Origin: Nemertoderma westbladi
Lineage: Eukaryota; Animalia; Xenacoelomorpha
Direction of reading: 5' to 3'
NCBI GenBank assembly: GCA_032718475.1
Contig: JAUCBJ010005296.1
Coordinates: 1-40,727 of the forward strand
DNA: 40,727 nt
This document shows, piece by piece, positions 24,377 through 36,747 of the stretch. The stretch's first letter is position 1. The number at the start of each line of letters is the position of its first letter. Under the pieces are notes generated by a model. It saw only the letters and a program-made list of their open reading frames with translations. It was not told where the DNA came from and searched no databases. The position numbers and the translations under genes were made by a program.

Positions 24377-26189
24377 CTGCGAAAGTACAGAAATTTTAGT
24401 AGAAATTCCGGTGTTAATGCGTTAAAATTAATACAGAACTATTTATAGAGGACGTTGGTATACCCTCTCAGCTAAATATCTCAATCTTTCTGTCAATGAT
24501 TTTGTACACTATGTACAGCTAAGGTATACCGGAACATCGAAACATAAATATATATCCTCCGAAAGCTTGCTGTAAGCTAAACTGTGTATTGTACACCGTA
24601 GGCTTTGATAATCACTTTGTAACCTTGTTGACAAGCTTACTTTACGTCAAATGTAAAACACACTGCCCTGTTGTAGTACATTAAAATGCAGATTAAAATG
24701 GTTGATAAAATCCTAAGCCTACATTGTACATATTCAGTTAGCAGTAGGTACGTTCACTATGTCAAGACCACTCCCTATTTAAAATTAAGCGTGAAAGTCG
24801 TCTTCAAGGTCAAAACGACATTCCAATATCATGACAAATTCATGATAAATTCAAACGACGACAAAAATCGTTTTTGTCAGTCACAACAATTAATTAACGT
24901 TTGATAAACATTCGTTTTTACCTCTCCAGTTAGTCGACATTGTTATACCTTTGTGGTAAATGGGCTAAATAAAATTACTCTTGGATTGCGGCTAAGTAAA
25001 ATACCAAAAACCAACTTCAATCAACACAGTACAATGGTGCTTCTTTCAATACAATAGTGGTTGATTTTGATTAGAGGTTGGTTCAATACGTCCCAAGGAA
25101 ACCTGCTTTGTGTATTATTCAAACCCTGAGAATATTCTTAGTTGGGTAAGTTAGTTTGAGTTCGATTGAGCGTCGTTATCTTTAAGTCACAATTGATCTC
25201 TCCTCCCTGGTGGCCTTAACTTAATACCACAGCCACTCCTCTCAAGAAGCAACTCCTCAAACTATAATCAAACCCACAAAGCCAACCGTTGATATCATAA
25301 AATAATGATGAACGCGGTTGCAGTACATCATCCAATTAAGAGTGAATGTCGCCAACTCTTGGGAATATCGTAGTTACATTTCCTTTGCCGTAATTTATTT
25401 GGGATGACGAGAAGGTAGTAAGTAATAATTGTGATGCTTAACTGGTCATGTGAGTCGCCCATATCGGTATTCTAGTCGCACACACGAGTCTGAAAGACAA
25501 TTCCATCAAGAGTTACGGATGAGGATCTAAATTAAAACAACTCAAAATGTGTTTCGATTTATTTTCAAATTAAAATTAACATGCATGCACGGAGTACACG
25601 CCCCTATAGCATATTGGATATACGTCTGCCTCATAATTAAATTATTGCTCGGATTATAAAATGGGAACGTGAATATTGATGATGTAACGAAACGATGAAT
25701 AAGGCCCGAGATTACGGGCGTTTCAGACCGTGTACCGTGTACACATAATAGGCCTACACTGTACACGTACACGCTATGGAATATTAAATTATTTATCCGT
25801 TTTGCTGCCGAAAAATAGATTCAAATCGAAATGAATTATTGTGATGGGAATATGACAAGGTTGGCATTACTTTACATAATGATTTGGCCTAAATTATTGT
25901 CGTTACCTTGTATTCATTCTTAGTTAAATATCGGTTGAAAGAAAAAAATATTCCATGCGGTTTTGTGTAGTTACGGCATGTCTTATTAATAATTCATTCA
26001 CTCATTCTTTCATTAATGCATAGGCCTACATACTGCAGGAATTTTACATTGCGCATCTCTTGTCGAAATAACCTGTCTCCAGCGTAAATAGGTCGCAAAT
26101 ACACCATGTGCTGTAGTAGTGTATAAAGCTAAACTCAGTGGCTCGGGCCCACCCCCCCCCCCCCCCCCAAATTTGTCTACAAATTTTAA

Positions 26190-27273
26190 TGAGATTGCAT
26201 GAAATTTGAAACAGAGATAGTTCACCTCCTTCCTCCTCCTTAATGGGTGAGCCGGGTGGTGGTGTCATTCCCTTCTTCATCTTTATTCCTTGGTGAGCCA
26301 GCCCAGAATTTTGACTTTTCCTTTCATTCTTTAGAATCAAGCGTTTGAAAAAAGTGTCTCCGTCGGTATTGCACCAGTTACACGCATTTATTCTTCAACC
26401 TTATAGTTATTTGTTAGTACTGATAGAAAGCTAGCTGGCCATGCAAGGATTCCAAATATGTAATGTAAACAAGATCTGAATTTCGTTGATAATAGCCGAG
26501 ATATGAGCGTTCGAATGTTGCATGGTTTTGCATCTGCACGATGCTATTATATTATATTTAATAGGCCTTATTCTGGAACATTTCGTTTATCTCATACCGA
26601 CATAATAAGACAAGGTCTAAATTTAATAAATCAACGAAATTAACACCGGTACCTGTATATGCACAAAAAATAATATTCTAATGATTATTACAATACATTT
26701 ATAAGAATACACCGGTTCTACATTGAATAGATGAAAAAACGAATAAATCCAGGCATGGTGAATTAATACTGGGAGGCAAAGAGTAGCCCCATTCCCATAA
26801 CCTAGTCCTCGTCACATGGCCGTCTCCCACCCCTGAGACAGAGAGAGTTTGTGCGGTGCGGAGGGTCTACCGATAAAATAGTCATCTCGAAGTGCAAATT
26901 CATTCAACTTTCGAACACTCATTTCTCGGCTATTTCATAACGAAATTCAGATTGTGTTACATATTTTTGGAATCCTTTCTTGGCCCTGCCAGCTTTCCTT
27001 CTGTAACAAGAAAATGCTATAGAAGAGGCAAGTAGAATGCTGTAGAAGAATACCGGCGTGTAATTGGTGAAATATAACCCGTAGACTCTTTTTCAAACCT
27101 TTGTATTCTAAAGAATAAAAACTAAAATTCAGGGGGGGGGGGGGGGTTGCTCTGAATAACGACACTATATTCCAGCTCCAGGATATGGTGTACGGTATGT
27201 AATAGCGAAATCTAGCTTCATTTTCTTGTTTCGGTTAAAAAACAATGCTACGGAAACCTGCTCCTATACCTAA
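26190..27273. repeat. Two diverged copies of repeat family A in inverted orientation (26190-26535 on +, 26890-27273 on -)
   Basis: GATCTGAATTTCGTTGATAATAGCCGAGATATGAGCGTTCGAATGTTG versus CAACTTTCGAACACTCATTTCTCGGCTATTTCATAACGAAATTCAGAT. The - copy continues into the Kolobok-like terminus. Confidence 0.8.
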
Positions 27274-27474
27274 AGCATACGATCTTAGCATTTGCGCCAT
27301 AAAGTCGATAATATATAACTACAGTTATTAATTATAATTATAATTGAATTGAATGTACTCTTTATTCATTAAAACTCAACGTATATAATTACAATTGAGG
27401 CAGTTAATACATAAGTATTTACTGATAATTAAAATGAATTGTGTCGTAAGGCCAATGCTACTTTGTAACATCAA

Positions 27475-29062
27475 TGTGGGGCGAGCCACGAAGTGAGTGA
27501 GCCTTAGCGTAGTGGTACCATTAATCAACCTGTCGTTCTGTCGTTCTGTCGTTCTGTCGTTCTGTCGTGTTCAATTTTAAACGTTAATAACTCGGCCAAT
27601 CTTTGATGAAATCTATCCAAACTTGGTACACATGTTGTTTGGCAAAAGTTTAGAAAATTTCCAAGTAGAATTTCCGTGTGGCCTTCGAGAAGCTAAGATA
27701 ATAGCAGTTAATTAGTTAATTAAGTTATTACGGTAAAAACACCATTTTCAACCTGCCTTTTAAAGGAAATTAATTGTTTTACAGTATAAGATTTAAATAA
27801 TTATAATTAAAAATTATACATATGTAATCCCCATACGCCATTCTATTATAGTTTTTAATTAGTTCAAGTGATTTGCTTTAATAATTGTGTCTTTAATTGA
27901 TCTAAAGTAATTAAAACGGCAAAAAAAATTTATTCTCATTAAATACTGCTCATTTATTGGCCAACATGCTGGTACATAGATGGGATGTGTGTGTCATTCC
28001 CAGTTGCTGGGAATGATTATTGGTCAAGTCTCTGCTGCTGGCTGGGAGTTGTTGCTAAGACTAACCAGAGAGGAATAGTAATAGACAACCAGTATTGCTA
28101 TTCCAGCCCAGACAGCATTCTTTAAATTCACTATAAATGTTGTATTGCTATCTCAGGTGAATGACAGATATCATAACATAAATACTATCCATGGCATGGC
28201 TGTTGTGTAGGCTTCTGAAATAGTTTATTCCACAATGTATATGTCTGGTTATTTTTTAATTGAATTTTTGCAAAGTAGTAAAATTAATGTTCTTAAAAAT
28301 AATATTATTATTTTATATGTAACCTAGGAAATTAGCTACATTTTTTCGCTGCAGCTTTAAGAGTGTACATTAATTTAATATTATTTCAATACCCATATTA
28401 CTACATCGGCATAAGATGCGTTGGCGTTGTATCACACATCTCCACATATCACACATATCCACATAGATGTATCAACAGTTACTCGCACAGTTTCGAAACT
28501 TCGCATAGTTATAACTGTATAAAGATCGTCAGTCTGCGTTTAGGAAAAATATTTTATAACAAAACAGGACAAGCGACGAGCGCAACGAGGCATATTATGA
28601 AGACGAGTACTGCGTTGACTAAATTATTATATAAACCACCTGGCTTCACATATTGATCGCATCCCTAGTTATTATTATTATAAAGAACGTCCTAGCCTGC
28701 GTTTAAGAAATATATTTAAATACAAAACAGGACGAACGCAACGAGGCTTATAATGAATACGAGTACTGCGTTTATTATATTCCTATAAACCACCTGGCTT
28801 TGCATATTGAACGTGCGATTGGAAATAAGTTCGTGCTACCCTTCCGTGGGTGGTAGATGTCGCGGTTATGTATTGGTGGTTGGGAATGGTGGGGGGGGGG
28901 GGGGGGGGGTTAAAAGGGGTGAACACGTACTGTCCCCCTTTCTTTGATTGATTGGTGGTGTGGGTAAATTTCTCAAAACCTGATTTTGTGATACAGTCGC
29001 TCAATTTTAATTTGTATCTCATAACTGGGCCTCGTGCTGCGCGAAGGCCCCACGAACGTGTA
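27475..29062 (+). mobile_element. Helentron-associated (HINE/DINE-1-like) element, long copy, about 1.6 kb
   Basis: 5' TGTGGGGCGAGCCACGAAGTGAG, (CTGTCGTT)n microsatellite at about 27530-27568, AAACTTGGTAC motif, and 3' hairpin GGGCCT..AGGCCC plus GCCCCACGAACGTGTA. Shared ends are seen directly; the family label is inferred from architecture. Confidence 0.6.
28540..28812. repeat. Diverged direct duplication of about 110 bp within the long HINE-like element
   Basis: CTGCGTTTA..AAAACAGGAC..CGCAACGAGGC..ACGAGTACTGCGTT..TATAAACCACCTGGCTT..CATATTGA occurs twice. Confidence 0.85.
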
Positions 29063-29375
29063 CAGTACTTAAAGTATAGGAATACTGTATGTAGTTTACT
29101 AGTATTATATGCACACCACGCATTCAAACACACGCATACAACACATATAAACTCATTAAAGACATTAAAGATATAATACAATTCTCAAGTTACGTCTCTT
29201 GTGTATTTTGTTAAGATGTGATATTTTAGTAATTTCGGATATGTTTTGTAATCTGAGCAATTTGAAATATTAATAGGTATCGTATTCCATAATTTTAACA
29301 CACTAACAACTATACTGTCAGGAATTGTTTATTATACGTGAGGAATGAAACTAGTAACTTACAATTAATATTATG

Positions 29376-30090
29376 TTATGTGAAGTTAGTATATCTGGCA
29401 GGTAGAAACACTAATAACTTTGTTTGTCGTTTAGTGACTCTGGATAAAAACGAAAAAATATTAGTACGAATTACTGCTTGGAAATTATTAACCCTATTTG
29501 CGATAAATATAGTGTCTGCGTCATCTGTGCGACCATAAGCAAAAAGCTGTCGAAAAGTAGTATTGTAGGCAACTATAACCTTTCTCAGCTGTTCCACTCT
29601 AAATATCGACAACAGAGAACAGCCTTAGAACAGAAAGTCTTAAACAATCAAATCTTAAGTGAGATCGAACCAGAGATGGACACGGGCCGGTTCAGCACGC
29701 GGGCCGGACCGGGCCGGGGCGGGCCAAGACACAACGGGCCGGGCAGGGGCGGGCCAAGACACAACAGGCCGGGGCGGGCCAAGACACAACAGGCCGGGGC
29801 GGGCCAAGACACAACGGGCCGGGCCGAGCCCGGGCCGTGAAAAACCGGCCCGCGTCCATCTGTGGATCGAACACCTAGAAAAACGTCTTACGAACAACTG
29901 GTTTCCTCTACAGTCCATTCATTCCCGGCTTACCTCCCGGTGGCTATATTCTATTAATCGCAAAATAAAATGGTCGTTAAAAAAAAGAACAATATGTGAC
30001 AGGGGGTAGTATATGAATTAAAAATATTTAAGGAAGATGCCAAATCATGACTTTAAGATTAATATAGATTACCATATTAAATGCTATAAC
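29376..30090 (-). mobile_element. Old LINE 3' fragment (RTEX-like C-terminus), interrupted by a MITE
   Basis: CRGNQL..RRFSRCSI / LFKTFCS / KVIVAYNTTFRQLF..FIANRVNNFQAVIRTNIFSFLSR resembles the recalled RTEX ORF2 C-terminal pattern. Frameshifted. Confidence 0.6.
29671..29864. mobile_element. hAT-like GC-rich MITE, 194 bp
   Basis: TIRs CAGAGATGGACACGGGCCGG / CCGGCCCGCGTCCATCTGTG. Exact 8-bp TSD GATCGAAC at 29663-29670 and 29865-29872. Internal GGGCC repeats and four GGGGCGGGCCAAGACACAAC units. Confidence 0.9.
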
Positions 30091-30557
30091 GCATAACGTT
30101 CCATTACTATACAATATCTATTATTATCGCATATCTATTTATTAACGAATATATGAAAAAACCCCGTGACTTGTAAACAAAATAGTATAGTGTACAGGTA
30201 AATTATTGCACAATTGTAAACAATTAAACAATATAATATCTTATAGAGCGATAGTGTAATAAATTCATAGAGCGCGTTATATAATAACGTTTAACTAAAT
30301 AAATAATTATATGTTTTTAAACAAAAATTAACGATCATATGATTTCCTACAATTAAAGTCGAAAATAGTGTCATAAAATATCAGTCACTTAGTTATTTTT
30401 TATGGTAATTAATCTAAATAAGAATCAAATAGTAACTGTAATAGTTAGTAACAAGAAAAATTGAGGCTTAATAAAAATATTTATAATTCGATTAAATTGT
30501 ATCAGAAAATAAATAAAATATGAAGCAAGCACGCATACATGTATGTTATGTTGGATG

Positions 30558-33200
30558 CTAGATGCACAATCTGTAACAATAAGAGCTGTGAAACTTTTCT
30601 TTGAAGGTTAGGGGGATGTTTCCAGCTTTAGTTCTGACCTTTGCTCCTTTTAACACCTTCTTCACACAGTATTGTGAGGTAGCAATGCTAGTAAGTGTTG
30701 GGAGACCTTCTTGCCACGATAAACGGTTGTAATCATCCATCAGATTATCATGATAGGTTTTTGCGACATGATGTGTTAAAATGGTTGAAAATAGGTGTGT
30801 AACTTTATCGTTGTTGCAGTTGAACAGGTTATAGATTGCGCGGCATTTTGAAAAGGTCATCATTTGTTCAAAAGGTTGACTGTCATAACGGTCCATTAGG
30901 ACGTTGTTCGATATATAGCTTCCAACGCCAAGGAGTGATCTCATTGCCTTCTGAAGTGTAATTTTCATTTGTTTAAAGAAATGCTTGTCAAGATTTGAGG
31001 CGCCGTACATTATAGATGGTAAACAGATGGTTTTCCAGATGAAAGAAGAAATGTTCAGTGGTACATCATGGGCAGATAATCCTCTGAGCTTTGCTTTTGA
31101 CACGTTGATCCAGCATTTCTTGGTTAGATGATTGTGTAGGTTTCTCCCTGTAGATGGCAATGGTAGGCCAAGGTATGATCATTTTTCTTTTTGAATAATA
31201 TATTTTCCGGATTCTATCTGGAGTGATTCAAGTGTATTTTTTCCTGATGGAGTGCAAACTATATAAAGGCATTTTCTGGTGTTCAGTGTTAGCTGTGTGT
31301 CTTGGAAAAAGTTAACGCAGATTTGCATAATTCTCTGAAGGTCTGTTTTCAGGTTTGCCATTAAGAGAATGTCGTCTGCAAACCCGATTGCCGGGTATGC
31401 CTGGGATCCTATATGTGGACCTAGGTGTTCTGTTTCTAAAGTGGTAAATAAGTCTGTCAAGTAAAAAGTGAACATCCAGGCTGATAATATTCCACCTTGA
31501 CGCACCCCTCGGGATAATGCTATAGCTTCCTTATGTCTATAGTTGCCAATCTGTACAATAGCAGTAGACTTACCATAGTATGATTGTAATAGGATAATTA
31601 AACTAGGGGACAGGTTGGTCTTGGACAATTTGTCGAACAGGATTTCATGGTTGATGCAGTCGAATCCTGATGTTAGGTCTAAAGATACTACGTGTAAAGG
31701 AGATGAGCCCTTGTTAAACCATTCGATCAGTTTTGAAGCTGTCAGATATGGTGTTTCATTGCACATCCCTTTCTTGTATGCCATTTGTAGGGAACTTGTG
31801 TCAATTAATAGATGTTAGTTCCTTCACCACTGTGTGCTCCCACAATTTCAGCAGTATCGATATAATAGAAATACCTCTGTAACTTGACATTTGATTTTTT
31901 TGTCGATCATAGCTCTTCAACTGTGGGAGCAATAGTCCTAAACACATAAGGTTTTGAAAGTATCCCGTGCTTCGCATTTCATTAAAGAGAAAAGCAATAA
32001 AATTACACGTAGATTCGGAGTTTCCATAACATAGGTGTTCCGCAGAGATGTTGTTTGAATCAGCAGCCTTTCCTTTATTCAGTTTTTTAATTGTATCGTT
32101 TATATCTTCTGTACTCAATAGGTTAAAATCATTATGGTTATCTTTATTTTGTTGATGATGAGGTACTGCTTGAAACTTCGGATGCGGTTCAGAAGTGTTA
32201 TATTTTGCGATTTGGCTTCGATTGTTGTTATTATAGAAATTCTTGTAGTGGTCATATAGGTTATTTGCATTGCCTGGTGACATTTGGTGGCTGTTGTGTA
32301 CATCTCTTTCTTTCAGTTTGTTCCAGAATGTGTTTGGGCTGGATGAACATGCTTGAGTAAGAGTAGTGACTTGTTCTCGATATATCCTGTGTTGTAGCAT
32401 TGATAGTTCTCTCGTTTTCTGCATCTGCCTGAGTTTGTTTCCAGGGTTTACCTTTTCTCGATTTATCGGTGTTGGTGGTGCTTGCGTTTCTGCTTTTAGG
32501 TAGTTACGGTTTCCAGTTCTTTCTTCTTCTTGGTGTGGTAGAGGGGATATGTTTATTGGCAGATGTTAAGATAGCCTTTATGAAAGATTCTGCTGCCGTA
32601 TCAATTGTGTTGTCTTCAGTAGTATTGTGGTTTTCTAGCAAAGGTTGTATGGAGGCTTCAATACCTTTCTTGTTCTTCCATTTTTGAACAAGTAGGCTTT
32701 CCTTCCCAAGGATTTGGTCCACCTGCCATCGTAATTTATATTTTCTAGCCTGTGAAGATAGAAAGTGGTTAGTACTGGCGTATGGTGTGATTGGTTGTTT
32801 GTATCATCTTCAAAAATGTGACTTTCGGGTTGTTTCCCTTGTAATAGTGAGTTTGAACAGATTATGTAATCTATCAGTGATGATCTTAGGATAAGTCCGC
32901 ATTTTGATTTAAACACGAAGGTCTTTGTTGCACCGGATACCAATGCACTACTGGGATCATTAGTGACTTCTAGATTAAACGGTGTCATTATTTCATCTTT
33001 GAAAAGTTGTCCAAAGTTAGACCGTATTGGTGATGTGGTAGTTTGCAGTATTCCATTGACATCCCCAGCAATTACAATTTCATTATTACCATTCACTGTT
33101 TCCTCGAGAATATTGTGCAAATTTGCGCATTCCTCTATGTATTTTGCCCTTGATCTTTCATCTTTGTTGTCGCATGGCATGTATATACCTATAACAGTTA
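30558..33200 (-). mobile_element. Decayed, 5'-truncated APE-RT LINE (RTEX-like) in a stomatin intron
   Basis: Motifs IGIYMP, IAGDVNG, LIDYII, SHHTPV, KGKAAD..SAEHL, SYRGIS, LDLTSGFD, GVRQGGILS, GFADD, YLGLP. Split over ORFs 32635-33180, 32504-32722, 31801-32424, 31179-31784 and 30558-31160. Confidence 0.92.
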
Positions 33201-34004
33201 TATCCTACGAATTACAAATTACATTTCTGACGCTGCATGTCTGCCTGCCTCGTCAGAGAGATCACAGCTGATAATGTGTCCTAAATATTGTACCTGCTTA
33301 ACACACCGTAGGAGCTTACATCCTAAATACACAACACCGGCCCTACCAAATTTATTAGGCAAAAATTATATACAATGTGATTTAACGCGATTGAAAATTA
33401 TATCAAATTCAATTCCGTACTGTTCACAAACCCTTACGAGGCGATAATACGTATACTAATTATACGTGAGGAATGACAAACTAAGTTACATTGAACAAAA
33501 AAAATACGCACATAAAAAGTTGTCGAAATTATATAAATAAATGAAACAGAAGCTGAATATATTAAATGAAGTAAAAAAAACACGTTCGAGGGGCTGTCAC
33601 GCAGCTCGAGATTCGGTAACTTGTACTCGTTTATCGCGATGCACATTTACTAACGCACGTGCTGCGCGACGGCTTCATCCAATGTGTATAATTTATAAAC
33701 TTTTGTCAGACTACTGTACATTTTGTAACAAATTTTGTTAATTTCATTAATTTAATTTAGCCGTTATTTTCCAATGAAATAAAAACTTTTATACTTAAAT
33801 AATGTTATAGATTAATTTAAAAATCAAACCTCCCTTTAAATTGTCCCATGTTTATTGCATGCTATGCCCCCAATCCAAAATGTAATTAGCTAAAATTAAG
33901 AATGAAAGCAAGCTGAACTAACGTAACGGCAAACTGAAACAGTAACCTGAATTATGTTAATTTAATTTAAGTATTGAGCAATCACCCTCCGCACCCAACC
34001 AAAC

Positions 34005-34138
34005 CTTAGCGTTGTTGCAGCCAGTAAGCGGGTCGATCTGTCAACGTTCTCCACATTGGTTATAGAAATAACTGCGTTGAAAACTCGGTAGTAAACTACA
34101 GCATCGACAGCAACTGTTACTGAGTCTTTGGATAAAAT
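34005..34138 (-). CDS. Stomatin/MEC-2-like protein, internal exon (absent from the ORF track)
   Basis: Manual translation ILSKDSVTVAVDAVVYYRVFNAVISITNVENVDRSTRLLAATTLR. TTTAG acceptor at 34139; phase-2 GT donor at 34004 joins in frame to the exon at 24376. Confidence 0.93.
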
Positions 34139-36747
34139 CTAAAATAAAATAAAAGTAATACAAATCAGTAACACTACCGGCATCTCAAAGCAAAGGGTTG
34201 GATGGTAAATAGGGTGTCAAACCATGGGAGTTAGAGTGGCGCCAACCTAGAGGACCCTCGGTGTTGCATTCGTTCATTCGGCGTTCACTTGCACCGAATT
34301 ACAGACAGGATCTCATACGAAATATACATGAAATTCTGGAATACCCTTTACCCTTCTCATTTAAGTAATAAGATAATAAGTAATCCGGATCAAATTTCAA
34401 TAAATGTTGCCAAGGTTTCGCGACTTGTTGTTATTATATAACTATTTATGATTAATTATGCAATAAAACGTCAATAGAAATAATGCTATTCATTTTCATG
34501 TAATAGAGTACATTAATTATATTATTAAATTGTCTTTTATCCCCTAGAATCTCTTTGGTGTCTTTCGCAGTTAGAGCCCAGCATGGACTCCCATATTACT
34601 ATAGAACTGGTTCTACTGCTGCTCTAAATAATAAAGAACTCCTACGTCATCAGCACAGTAAATATCAGTTTATGTGTTTGGCCGGATCTCCTCGATTACT
34701 GGAGCCAGTACCGTAGGGGGTGTCACAGAACAATCTCACAACCCTTCCTCGTTGTCTAGATTGTGTGTATCCGGCTGTCCTTCAGTTAGTTGTTCCTACG
34801 TAACACACGTACCTCTACCTAACGCAACACGGTCGACGATTTTGGAAGCCAGTTGAAGACAAACTGATTCTTCAACAATCCCCCCCCCCCCCTCCCTCCC
34901 CTCCCGTCGTTCCCTAATGGATTACTAAGTTAGGCACTCTAGTTCGGCTAGTTCGACTCTAGTTCGTTCTAAGTTCGGCTTTTTTGATAGCTTGAATTTT
35001 TATTCAAATTATTTTTCCAAAAAATTAACAATTATTTTATTTGTTAAATGTAGTTTGCCGTATTTCGCATTTCGCCAACAATACACAACAAACAAAAATA
35101 TAATCCCCCAAAACAAAGATTTTATCGATCATATAGAAACTAATATATTATTCGGCCGCACAGAAATCCAATTATTCTGAATCCCAGTTCAATCATACCC
35201 AATTAAGTTCAAATTAATCTACTTACGACGCTTCGTTCGAATTAATCATTATGATAGTGCGTTCCTGGATGGTGACCCTGAGTCACATCATGGAGTGGTT
35301 GTTAATCTATAGCTGTCAATAGCCAGCCATCACGCCAGGTATACCGACATACGATATAGTAGCACGGAGTTAAATAGCAGTTTTTTTCACTTGCCTTTTT
35401 CTCCTCGTGGAAAATTGGACAAAGGACAAAAAACACGATTGGTAAAAAAAAAAAGAAACCCTTCACTTATTATCACTCCTCCTAGCAATTACTTTTTCCC
35501 TTGAAATAATAATAATCATTGAAAAAGTAGGCCTATCCAATTTGCAAAAAAAGGACTAATATTATTCGATCAAAAAATAGTAAGCGAAAACACAACCATT
35601 ACGCATTTCGGCGACGCCACACTATGTAACAGTTTGGCTACACTGTGTACGCATATCGGCCACTCTATCTACACTTATCGGCAACCTGTGGCGAGTATCG
35701 GGCGGCCACCCACGTCTGTCTGCGTGTATCGGTCCCATTCCGAAATGCCGCCTCGCCTTTGATTGAGGTAATTACTCCGAATCCACAAAGATAACTTCAC
35801 GTTATCCAAGTTACAAGCTAAATAATCCACATTATTACCACCTTCATTTGGGTTGCAGTAAGATAACGCTCTGGCCTTTAAGCGCGGATTGTGAATGCTC
35901 TTCTCCATTTTGCATTAATTAGTTATGGTCACCACATGTGGAGAGTCGCAAGCAGGCCAGCTTTGATTCCGTTTCATAAAAGGGATTTGGAGTTTACAAA
36001 TTCAGATAACTTTTAGTAACCTGATAGTATCCCTAGCGGCAGATGATAATGCGAATTAAGGGAACCTAGTCCATAGCCAATCATTATTGCCACAAGCTGC
36101 ATTTCATAGTGACAGTAGCCTTTGTGGACTTTGACTTATGTATTACAAGGGATGCAGAATATATTATAGCAGCAATAAGAGGAATGGTAATCCTCCAAGG
36201 AAACATTAATGCAGTTTGACAACATTAATAATACGCTACTCTGTAAGGCATCATTGACGGTGTAATGGTTCAAATATAGGGGCGAGCCATGTTGTTGAGA
36301 GAACACCTTGGCTGGCGTAGAATAGGGTTATATAATTGTCTATATAGTATATAGTGACTTATTGTCTGTCTGTCTAACTTTAACAGATAGGGGAGGGGGG
36401 GGGGGGGGGGGGGGAACTGGACGCAATAAAAATACACCCCTCTCCACAGGGGAAATTGGACGCAAATAACAGTTGATTACTCTGAAAAATAAAACTGTAA
36501 CCTGTTCTATTGCGTTTAGTTTATTGTTTTGGTTAAAATAACCTGCCACTGTAAGCTGCACCTTTCCCTAAAATGAGAATTTAACATTGAGGCGGGATAT
36601 TAATTCGTCAAGGCGGGTTTTGCGTCGAGTTCCCCACCCCCCCCCCCCCCCTGTCTCAACTAGAATTATTACCGAGTGAGTCTTGTAATCGATGGTGGGG
36701 TGTCAACCACGCATTTAGCACCAAAACCAGAAGTGCTGTTTAACGAG

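Noticed and set aside
25250-25530. Possible BEL/Pao LTR remnant (minus-strand GRL..KHHNYYLLPSRHP)
   Set aside because: One short, interrupted motif; not supportable without BLASTX.
21595-33200. All three intronic LINE pieces are sense to the stomatin gene
   Set aside because: Three cases are too few to indicate a bias.
12483-34138. Functional ion-channel-regulator cluster (TRPC4AP plus stomatin)
   Set aside because: Adjacency of two convergent eukaryotic genes is not evidence of a shared system, and TRPC4AP is chiefly a ubiquitin-ligase adaptor. Conserved synteny would be needed.
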